Assembly: GCF_016433145.1 (NCBI RefSeq)
Contig: NC_058133.1
Span: forward strand, 33,147,527 to 33,211,526
Length of the DNA stretch: 64,000 nt
Direction of reading: 5' to 3'
From: Gracilinanus agilis
Taxonomy: Eukaryota
Position 1 is the first letter of the stretch; each line of letters starts with the position of its first letter. The notes under the pieces are model-generated. The model had not been told where the DNA came from. It was given only the letters and a program-made list of their open reading frames with translations, and did not search any database. This document shows positions 22,001 to 32,281 of the stretch, piece after piece. Both the position numbers and the translations under genes were made by a program.

Positions 22001-24321
22001 AGAGAAGAAAAGGGAAGTAGGGAAGGAGAAAAAAGGCAGGAAAGAAGGAGGAAAAGGAAAGGGAGGAAGGAAAAGGGTAAAGAAGAAAGAAGGGAAGAAG
22101 GAAAGAAAGGAGTAAGGAGAGAAGGGAAGGGAGAAAGGAAAAGGAGGAAGAAGGAAGGAATATTGAAAAGAAGAGTAGATTTGCATTCTGGGAAGGAGAA
22201 AGAAGGAAGGTCTTTTCCTTTCCCTGCCCCAGGGCCCAGGTATGCTGACCACCTCTCTCCCTCAGGTCAACAGCAGGAATTATTGCTGAGGCAGATGGCT
22301 GAGGCCAGGCAAGCGCAGGGGCGGAGCTGGAAGGTAGGTTCTGTAACCTCAGCATCTGAAGATTCCTTCTCCCTGACAAGGGGTTATCCTTAAAAAAAAA
22401 CATCTTGAGATGGGCAACCCTGGGCCAATTCTGATGCTTTTTCTCCTAGCCTTATATATAGGAAGATGGAATGCTTTGGAGAAATGGTCTTACTGCCCCC
22501 TATCCCTACAGTACCCCTTTAGGGAGCCCCCCCTTCTCACTGTCCTCTAAATTCTCCTGGCTAAGGACCCTGGCTTATTGAGAGTACTCTGGGGGACAAG
22601 AGAGGATGCCCTGGGTGAAGGAAAATGTCTGAGGTCAATACCAATGTGGGGGGGGGCGTTGTCCCTGGGCAGGTACTGGAGCAGTTACAGATTGATCAAG
22701 AAGGCCACTTCCGGGTGGTGGACGCTGCCAGGGAGGAGGCTCGGGATGTTCGGCAGGAGATTGATCTTGTCAGGTCTGGGGTTCAGTCTGGGGCTGGGAG
22801 GGATTTAGGGGAGTGGCTGCATAGCCCTGGTTCTAGGAGGGGTTGGGAAGGAAGGAGATGGGGTCCCATTTAATGACCTGACTTTCGGAGGTTTCTAGAT
22901 ATTCTTTTCTTTGTGTCGACCATGAAATTGGGCACCTTTTCCCACCCCCTGGGATCCCCTCTGTTTCTGCATGGCCCAGGCAAACAGTGCAAGACAAGAT
23001 AAGGAGGGTCAGAGCAGGGGGCACAGTGGGACAGAGCTCCAGAGAGGACTTGGCTCCTAGACTTAGCCCTGCTACTGTCCAACAAAGCCATCTGTCCTTG
23101 TTATAATCCTCCTGCTGGACAGCCAGAGGGGGAGGTGAAACATCTTTGGAAGTCTTGGCCCAGATCCCAGACTTCAAAGAAGGAGGAGACCAGCCCCACT
23201 TTGGTCCCTGACCTGTTCCTCTGGAAGGAAGAGAGGAGAGTCCAACCTTTATTCTGGAATCACAGATGAGAGAGAAGCGCCCTGAGCCCTCGCTCATGCA
23301 GCTGGAAGGCATTTGGGACAGGTTTTGAACCCATGCTTCCTAGCACTCTGCCCAGTGCAGGGAGGGAGCAGGTGGCATACTGAAGAAATGGGAGTTCAAA
23401 TCTTGTTTTTGACACTTACCAGTTGTGTCTTATGTCCCTCAGACTCCTTATCTATAAAATGGATTGGTTTGAGGATGAAGTGAGATATTTGTAAAGCCCT
23501 TTGCAAACCTTAGTGAGCCCTATAAATGCTGTTCTTTTGTCTATTCCCTCTCCCTCTCCCCAAGGGACTTCAAAGCTTGCTGGAACAGATGGTTTGTTTC
23601 CCTAGGATCTTGAAGGGCTGAGTTCTGCCTCCTCTGTGACCAAGAGCAGGCTGCTTCACCTTTGGGGAGTAGCTTATAAAACCTGTATAGTAGGCATTAA
23701 ACATTAAGTGCCCACTATATACATGTGGGCAACTAGATGGTGAAGTGGATAGAATCCTAGGTTCAAATCTGGACTCAGACACTTCATACCTGTGTGACCC
23801 TGGATAAATCACTTTATCCAGTTAACTCTACCTCACTTTGTCTCTTCAATTATAAAATGAACTGGAGAAGGACATGTTAAACCACTCCAGCATGCCTCCT
23901 ATGTGTCAGACACTGGGCACCTTGCTATAAGCCTTGGGGACACAGAGGCAAAAGCTAATAGCTCCCTCTCCCTTCCCCAGGGGCACTTTCCTGTTTCTCT
24001 AAGCTGAAATTATTATTCCATATCACAGTGTATCCCTCCTCTCAGCTCCCATAGTTTCTATGACCCTCAGCTTCCACTTAAGAGAAACTGAGTCAGGTTT
24101 GGGGATGGTTAGAGGCCCTGGCTCTGAGGCTCTGGCATCAGGCTCTGGCCTCTTCTTTAGGACTCTGTTGCTGACCCTGAGGGCCCCCCATAGGGCCATG
24201 GTGTGTTCTCTGCAGGCTCAGCTTCGAGGGGATCCCCCTCGGCCAGACTCTGCAGTCTCTAGCTCTGACCTGAGCCTCCTAGACAGTGACAGCAGCTGGG
24301 ATATACCGTCTCGGGAGGCAG
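18768..24321 (+). CDS. CCDC163: CCDC163 orthologue (coiled-coil protein). Exons: (18768?)-18875, 19635-19674, 19879-20057, 20152-20233, 20376-20535, 20808-20875, 22266-22333, 22673-22773; tentative 23565-23591 and 24216-24321; start codon and 3' end unresolved
   Basis: Blocks WSEQLDSLLQATDGNVARIK, QHLCPLGVS, LLWEEYEAVQGELKLFRDQL and QQQELLLRQMAEARQAQGRSWK resemble human CCDC163 as I recall it ([57 protein letters not shown]). Splice phases are consistent across 8 exons with no stop; syntenic position head-to-head with MMACHC. Confidence 0.8.
21197..21391 (-). mobile_element. CORE-SINE (SINE1_Mdo-like)
   Basis: Reverse-complement SINE body with T-tail; near-perfect TSD CA(G/A)TGAGCTTT. Confidence 0.85.
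21885..22212 (+). repeat. Polypurine (GA-rich) low-complexity tract
   Basis: About 330 nt almost entirely G/A (GGAA, GAAAGG, AGAAG units) in a CCDC163 intron. Confidence 0.9.
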
Positions 24322-25035
24322 GTGGGTGAGCTTGGTAGGCCTGGGAGTATGTTTCCCCTCACTACCTCCCCCATCCTGCCTCCAACTACAATCCATGGGG
24401 CCCAGGGTCTTAACAGTCTTCCTGCCTGCTCCCTTTCAACCTTTACCTTCCACCTCAGAATTGAATGTCTTTGGGCCAGAGTTGGTCCTTATTTCCTTTA
24501 AGGGTTCCCAGCCACAAGGCTATATAGACACATGCCCTCTTTCCTCTGCCCTCTAACCCCCTTGATCCCTGGGGAGGTTTATGAACCAGGATAGAGGAGA
24601 GCCCTGAGCCAGCGGATTTTCTGACCACTGCTCTGGGCCTGCCCCACTCAGCTTTGCCAGCAGATCCCCGTAGCAACACTGCATCGAGCGTTGAATCCAG
24701 CACGGAGCTCGTCACTTCTACAAGGAGCCCCCAGACATCCAACCGGTCAAATCAGGCACCCAAGCTGCTCCTTAGTGACCTTTGAAAGGGCTGGCCAGCA
24801 CTCTGTCTTGGCCTGTTGAAGGACAAGGGACAGCCTTAGGGAAAAGGGGAGAGAGAACCGAGGGAAGCATCTTATTCCCGGTAGCCTCCCCTTTCCCAGG
24901 AGCCTTGAGGGACTTTCCCAAAGGATTTCTTGATGGGCTGCTGGCCCCAAATCCTTGCAGTCTGTTTCCTGGCTCCCTTCTGTTCCTCTCATCTCCCCCA
25001 AAGATTTCTCCCTTTCCCCCATCCCCCAAATCTGG

Positions 25036-25041
25036 AATAAA
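25036..25041 (+). terminator. CCDC163: CCDC163 polyadenylation signal AATAAA
   Basis: Canonical hexamer downstream of the last candidate exons. Confidence 0.65.
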
Positions 25042-25311
25042 AAGTGTTAACTCTATCCTTGCCCACTGTAGTCTTTGGAGAAAGTTCCCCCAGCCAGGGT
25101 GTAAGCTGAACCCCAGAATGCCAGGCCCACAGCATGTTGGGGGATTCAATGGGTGGGGCTTCATTTCTCATACATCCTGGCCAGGTTGAGATAGGCCTTT
25201 CCCACCCCGTCCAGCTTCTCTGGTCTGGTTATGGGAGTCTCTTTCTATAGTAGGTTGTGGCATTCCTGGTAGCCTGGTATCTAGCAATGCCATGAGCATT
25301 AAGAGATGGTG

Positions 25312-26776
25312 CTTTGTGGTCATCAAAACAATATGGTACTGGCTAAGACAGAAGGGAGGATCAGTAAAATAGACTTGGGGTAAGTGACCTCAGCAAGACA
25401 GTGTATGATAAACTTGACAAAAACTGCTGGGAAAATTGGAAAACAGTGTGGGAGAGATTAGGTTTAGATCAACATCTCACACCCTACACCAAGATAAACT
25501 CAGAATGGGTGAATGACTTGAATATAAAGAAGAAAACTATAAGTAAATTAGGTGAACACAGAATAGTATACTTTGTGAAAGGAAAGATTTTAAGACCAAG
25601 CAAGAGTTAGAAAAAATTACAAAATATAAAAATTTTGATTACATTAAAAAGTTTTTGTACAAACAAAACCAATGCAACCAAAATTATAAGGGAAGCAACA
25701 AATTGGGGAAAAAAATTTTATAACAAAAACCTCTGACAAAGGTCTAATTACTCAAATTTATAAGGAGCTAAATCAATTGTTCAAAAAATCAAGCCATTCC
25801 CCAATTGATTAATGGCAATTTTTAGATAAAGAAATCAAAAGCATCAAGCACATGAAAAAGTGTTCTATATCTCATAACTAGAGAAATGCAAATCAAAACA
25901 ACTCTGAGGTACCACCTCACACCTAGCAGATTGGCTAACATGACAGCTAAGAAAGTAAATGTTGGAGGGGATGTGGCAAAATTGGGACATTAATGCATTG
26001 CTGGTGGAGTTGTGAATTGATCCAGCCATTCTGGATGGCAATTTGGAACTATGCCCAAAGGGCACTAAAAGAATTCCTGCCCTTTGATCCAACCATACCC
26101 ACTGTAGTCTTTGGAGAAAGTTATACCCTAAAGAGATCATAAGGAAGAAGACTTGCATAAAAATATTTATAGCCGTACTCTCTGGTGGTAAAAAATTGGA
26201 AAATGAGGGGATGCCCTTTGATTGGGAAATGGTTGAACAAATTGTATCTTTTTGGTGATGGAATACTATTGTGCTTGAAGGAATAATGAACTGGAGGAAT
26301 TCCAATGTGAACTGGAAAGACCTCCAGGAATCGATGCAGAGTGAAAGGAGCAGATCCATCAGAATATTATACACAGAGACTGATAACACTGTGGTACAAT
26401 CGAATGTAATGGACTTCTCTACTAGCAGCAATACAATGATCCAGGACAATTCTGAGGGACTTATGAGAAAGAACGCTATTCATATCCAGAGAAAGAACTG
26501 TGGGAGTAGAAACACAGAAGAAAAACAGTTGCTTGATCACATGGGTCGATGAGGATATGATTGGGGATGTAAACTCTAAATGAGCACCCTAATGTAAATA
26601 TCAATAATATGGAAATAGGTCCTGTTCAATGACACATGTAAAACCCAGTAGAATTGGGTGTTAGCTATAGGAGGGGGTAGAGGAAGGAGAGGGAAAGAAC
26701 ATGAATCTTGTAACCACTGAAAAATATTTAAAATTAATTAAATACAAATTAATAAATTATTTGAAAATTAAAAAAA
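25312..26776 (+). mobile_element. 5'-truncated L1 (3' ORF2 + 3'UTR + A-tail), decayed
   Basis: ORF2 C-terminal peptides (CWENWKTVWERLGLDQHLTPYTKINSEW; NWKDLQESMQSERSR) with frameshifts; A-tail; degenerate TSD AAG(AG/TC)ATGGTG. Confidence 0.92.
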
Positions 26777-28881
26777 AAGTCATGGTGAGTCAATGCTAGG
26801 CTAGTGGAGTTCCTCTTGGTGAAGCTAAGGCTCCAGCCCTAGTGCCTAGACTGAACAATAATGCATGGGCTCAGGGTCTGTGGCAGAACAAGTCCTGAGT
26901 AAAGCAGCAGAATCACTGCTTCCATCTGGCATCTGGTTCCAGGGGTACAGTGGACATTCCTTTTAGTAGAAAAAGGCTTTGAATGCTGCTCCACACTCCA
27001 GGTTATCAGGCATGAGAAGTTACTTGGAAGAAATGGAAGAAGGCTTCAAAGTAAAAAAAAGGATAAGAGGCCCAAAGGAAGCTTAGGAGGAAGGGAAAGG
27101 AGTATCTCTAGGGGCTCTTCCCAAGGATGGAGCAGCTATTGAGTTGGTGCTATTGAGGGAGAACTATTCCAGTCAGGTCAGAGGAAGAAGAGACCTCCTG
27201 GTCCATTGGATGATAGCTCTTGAGAAAGGGGACTGAGAATCCTGTTTGCCAACCTGATAATCCCAGAGTTCTGCCTTCCTGGATCACACATAAAGGACAC
27301 GACAGAGGGCTCATCAAACTTAGTGGTGTCCGTAATCATCTTTTAGGGATCCATACAGACACATTACTGCCACCATGATTCGAAGTATCATTGCTATGGC
27401 CTAGGGAGTCCTGGCTGGGGACTGCGGGCATTGCTTTGTTCTCTGCTTTTGGAGACAGAAGTAGATTGGAGGATTGAAGAGCAGGTTAAAAAGATGTTAC
27501 CTGGAATGGACTTGGGTTCCTGGCTTAAGACAGAGGAATTTTGGGTAAGGCACCCAAGGAATTAAACATATTTGCCTGGAGTCTTGTGAATCTAATCCAA
27601 AATAAATAAAAAGGGGAGGGGGACCTGTTGCCCAATTACTCCTTATCAAGCTGAAAGACTGAAGAGGAGTTGAAATGCCCAGAAATTCACAGGAGCAGGT
27701 AATTAGTCTGTAGGCCAATGTGTTTATACTCAAGCCATGTGCTCAGGGCCACAGAGGAGGACAAGGGTGAGAGCACAGTTTGGGCCAGAAGGGAAACAGA
27801 ACCAACCCTCATGGTCTATTTCTGGATGGTTGGATAAAAGGAGTGGAACAGGGGAGGAAGGTGATGGCCTAGCAGCATGCCTTAAGAAATGCTAAAATGA
27901 GAAATCCCAGTACCAGATATATTGGAAAGAACTCATTTGCTCAACAGAGCTTTATTTATCTGATGCTGTCCTGGTCTCTCCCTTCTGGAGGGGCTAATAC
28001 AGGTGTTTTACAGATGACAAAACAGACCTTAGAAAGGGCAGTGACTTGCCCTTGGCCTCAGCCTCACAACTAGAAAGCATCAGAGGCTGCTCCCGGGATG
28101 AGGGTCCCAAGAATCCTTGTGAGATTCAGCCTAGGGAGGAGCTAGAGAGCCCTCCCAAGCCTTGACTGGGCTGGGAGGCTGGATGCCACTAGAGGTCACT
28201 GTGGCATTGTCTGAGGACTTCGAAACTGGGCAGCTTCAGACTATGGGGGACCATTCCCAGGAAGACTTGAGGCCTGAGGGACAATATTGCCCTCTGTTTG
28301 GGTGCCCTTACCAGGCCTGAGGTACCAGGCAGCTGTGGCACACAGGTGGCACTTTTCGAGGTGGGAAATCCCAGGTAAAAGGGACAAAGCTGAGGGGCCA
28401 GGAATGACTTTCTCCCCATTTCTGTTGGAAGCAGAAGCCTTAAGAAATTTTCCTTGTCTCAATTCATGGAGAGGCAGCATGGAGTATAGAAAGTATTGGT
28501 CTTGGATTCAGGAAGATCTTGGTTCAAATCCCATCGTAGACACTTACTAGCTGTGTGATTCCAGGCCACATTACGGGTCTCGTTTTCTTCATCTATAAGA
28601 TGCTGGGGGAATAGGTAGAGATTTGGCTTGACAGTCTCTGATAGCCCTTAGGGGCCTTGTTAAGTCAAGGCCCTTAATGAAGTGGAGACAGGATCCAAAA
28701 TTTAGGACCTTGGGCTGGTCAGTCCTGGGTGACTTGGGGCTGCAGGGAGGAGAGGCCTTTCTGGTTATCCTACCCAAACTTTTGCAGTTTTCCCCAGCAG
28801 TTGTCTGAGCATCTCTGCTGATGGGGAGCTCAGAATCTTTCTAGTCAGCCAATTCTACCTTAGGATGTCTTTCCTTTAGAG

Positions 28882-29074
28882 CGGTGATTCCCAAAGTTGG
28901 CACCACCGCCCCCTGGTAGGTGCTGCAGTGATCCAGGGAGGCGGTGATGGCCACAGGTGCATTTATCTTTCCTATTAATTACTATTAAAATTTTTTTAAA
29001 ATTAATTTCCAGGGGGCTAAGTAATATTTTTTCTGGAAAGGGGCTAGTAGGCCAAAAAAGTTTGGGAACCACTG
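28882..29074. mobile_element. Non-autonomous hAT DNA transposon (MITE), 193 bp
   Basis: Terminal inverted repeats C(G)GTGATTCCCAAAG / TTTGGGAACCACTG; perfect 8-bp TSD CTTTAGAG (28874-28881, 29075-29082). Confidence 0.9.
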
Positions 29075-29769
29075 CTTTAGAGGATCCTTAAAGTAGAGCT
29101 AGGCATTCTGTTTGGACAGTTAAAGAACCAGGCTGGGAGAAGTGAGGTTATTTGCCCAAGGCACCATGTCACGAAGCAGAAGAAGCCAAGATTCGAACCA
29201 GGTATGCTCGTAAATGTTTAATAACCAACTCACCAAAGGGAAAAAAATGTAACCAAGGTATGCTTTTAAGTTTAATCTGCATTAACATTTTTTTTCTTAA
29301 AAAAAAAAATTTAAATCCTTAACCTTCTGTCTTAGAATTAATACTAAACTAAGTATCAGTTCCAAGGAAGAAGACTGGTAAGAGCAGTTAAGTGACTTGC
29401 CCAAGGTTATACTGCTGGGAAGTCACTGAGAACAGATTTGAACCCCAGTCTTCTTGACTTCAGGCCTGGATTTTTATCCACCAAGTCACCTAGCTGCCCC
29501 TCTGTATCTTTATTTTGTTTAAAAAAAAAACAAAATAATAAATCATTGATTTGTAGCATTTTCTGAGGTGAAAATAGCTTTGGGAGTCCAGTCAAGCTGG
29601 TGCTAGGATACTCTTGATTTGAACCCAGGTCCTTTGACTCCAAATCCAACAGTATTTTTTACTGTTCCTCACTGTTTCATAAACTGGAATCAGTCTCCTT
29701 TTGGTTTCACCATTTGGGAAGTGATTAGCCCAAGGTCAACTGGTTAATAAGTGGCAGAAATGGACCTAT

Positions 29770-30540
29770 AACCTCGTGTCCTGACTCCAGTCCAATGCTC
29801 CCTATCCTATCCCACACTGTCCTTCCTGCCTTTATAGAACATGACAATAGATTCACAGGAAGGAACTTCCTGGGGACCTCTGGACTGAAGTAGGACAGGT
29901 TTAATCTCTCCTGTGTCTTCCCTACCACCACTGTCTGAGGGCTTTTCTCAAGTTTAGACATCTTCAGTTCCTTCTTCTGATCTAGAAATGGTATGGAGCC
30001 GCCCAGCTGGTTTTTAGTCCTATCAGTATCTGGATCTCTACTGCTAGACTTGCCCTTCCTAAGGCATGCCCAGAATTCTTGCAGATGTGTTCTGGCCAGA
30101 GTACAGGAGAATGGGACTCTTACCTCTCCTTATTTCTGGATATTCTACTTCTCTTAATGAATGAGCTTTTTTAGCTTCTATATGTGACAGCCTATATATA
30201 TATATATGTTTCAAGGGTCTCCTTGGTGAAAGCATAAGGTAAAGAGAAGGTTTTTCCAAATGAATATGGCAGATCTTGTCCTTACAATCACACAGTTGAC
30301 CAGAAAGGACAGTCCGCTTGTGTATTGATAAAAAGTAAAAGCATTCGGCTCCAAGAGAGTAAAGTATGTTCCTTGGCTCTTATTGGGCCAAGAATCCTCA
30401 GGCACTCAATGTTACTGGATTCTTTGAGAACTTCAGCTAGAGAGAACTGTCTGCAGTGTCTCCCAATTACTGTCAAGTAAGGCACAAAATGGAGATGGCT
30501 TCTTGCCATCTGCATCCTTTGCACAAATGTAACTAAAAAG
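29770..30540 (-). mobile_element. Ancient CR1/L3-like LINE remnant
   Basis: Degenerate CR1-type segments (e.g. GATGTGTTCTGGCCAGAGTACAG...CTCTTACCTC); edges approximate. Confidence 0.45.
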
Positions 30541-30883
30541 TGTCATGGAGGATTTTTACATGGAAGGGGAATTCCTCAAGCCTGGTAGTAGCTGTGACTT
30601 CTCCTATGTAGTTCTTGGTTGAAAATGTTTCAGGCCACTTGTGCTCACTCAGTTCTCTATAGATGATCTTCAACTTCCATTACTGATAGACTGTTATGCC
30701 ATGTGAATATCAAAATAGGATAATATTGGTAAAAAAACACTTAGCACAGGGCCTGACACATAATAGGTGCTACATATATACTTATTCCCTTCCCCCTTTC
30801 CTTAAGTCACAAATACAGTGATAGCAGCATAAATAAGATGGTCTTAGTTTCAGAGAGAGGTCATTTAATAAAAAATAATAATA

Positions 30884-31090
30884 GGGGGTAGCTAGGTGGC
30901 TCAGTGGATTGAGAGCTAGGCCTAGAGATGGGAGGTGCTGGGTTCAAATCTAGTCTCAGACACTTCCTAGCTGGGTGACTCTGGGCAAGTCACTTAACCC
31001 CCACTGCCTAGGGCTTACTACTCTTCTGCCTTGGAACCAATACATAGAATTGATTTTAAGAAGAAGTAATGGTTATTACTTAATAAATAA
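30884..31090 (+). mobile_element. CORE-SINE (SINE1_Mdo-like)
   Basis: SINE head, core and tail; flanked by AATAATAATAG repeats. Confidence 0.8.
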
Positions 31091-31494
31091 TAATAGTCAC
31101 CATAAATAGAGCACTTTAAAGTGATGAAGTGTTTTCCAAATATTATTTCATTTAATAATAACCTTAGGAGATAGGTGCTATAATTATGCCTATTTTATAG
31201 ATAAGGAAAGTAAGGCAAGCAGAGGTTAAGGTCTCTTGCCCCGGGCCATGTATTATGTATCTAAAGGAAGCTTTGAACTTATTTCTTCCTAACTCTAGGA
31301 CCAGTAGAGTTCACTGAGCTGCTTGAATTACTTGGATCCTGAGTGAGTGCAATCTAGTTGGCTTTGTTCTCCCTGGTCAATTCTGGATTGAACTCATTGA
31401 CCACTGGTAAGAACTATCCCAGATGCATATACTGATAGATCAGCTCAATGGGCTGTTCGTCCAACTGCATATCAGAGTCTGGATGAGAAATATT

Positions 31495-31900
31495 CTTTTT
31501 TTTTTTTTCCCTTAACCTTTATCTTCCGTCTTAGAATATTATGTACTGGTTCCAAGGCAGAAGAACAGTAGAGACTAGGCAATCAGGATTAAGTGACTTT
31601 CCTGGGGTCACACAGTTAGGAAGTGTTTGAGGTCAAATTTGAACCCAGAACCTCCTGCTTTCTCTGTGTATTCAATAGACAAGCATTTATAAAATGCCTA
31701 TTATGGGGCTGGTAGGTGGCTCAGTGGATTGAGAGTTAGACCTAACAATAGAAATGGATTTAAATGTGACCTTACATACTTCCCAGCTATGTGATCCTGG
31801 ACAAGTCATTTAACCCCCATTGCCTAGCCCTTACTGCTCTTCTGCTTTGGAACTAATACTAAATATTAATTCTAATTCAGAAAGAAGGGTAAAAAAAATG
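31495..31900. mobile_element. Two adjacent CORE-SINE copies in opposite orientation (~31495-31665 minus, ~31705-31900 plus)
   Basis: Recognisable SINE bodies, moderately diverged. Confidence 0.7.
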
Positions 31901-32281
31901 TTTCCTCAGAGTATTTTCTTCTGAATACAACTGTGAGGGATGTGGTGCAGACATCACTATGCTGGTGTTACTAATAAGGATCCTACAAGAGGAGGGGAAG
32001 AGCTCCAAAAGACCTCATTTTTCTGAGACCTAGACAAGGACTTGGCCAAAATCACACAGGAAGTAGCCAACAAAGACAGGATTTAACCACTGTCCTGTAA
32101 CTCAATGGCAATACTCTTTCTGGTGCCTCCAAGTGCCAGGAATGATGAGCCTTGCATCCTATAGGAAATCCTGTAGGTTTTAGAATGAGAAAGGAGAGTG
32201 ACATGCCAGGTTATCTGTGCTAAATGCTGGGGAGATACAATCCAATATATGATAGATAGTTTCTATTGTGTGTGAAAGGTT

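Noticed and set aside
21751-22403. Lys/Arg/Glu-rich (+) and Phe/Ser/Leu-rich (-) ORFs of up to 210 aa
   Set aside because: Translations of the polypurine tract, not genes or membrane proteins
25312-25345. 5' truncation point of this L1 coincides with the site where a SINE entered the other L1 (AAAACAATATGGTAC)
   Set aside because: Two events in different copies; an A-rich endonuclease-like site is enough to explain it
25865-26449. 194-aa minus-strand ORF (and similar ones at 32551-32832 and 33841-34191)
   Set aside because: Antisense reading of decayed L1 ORF2
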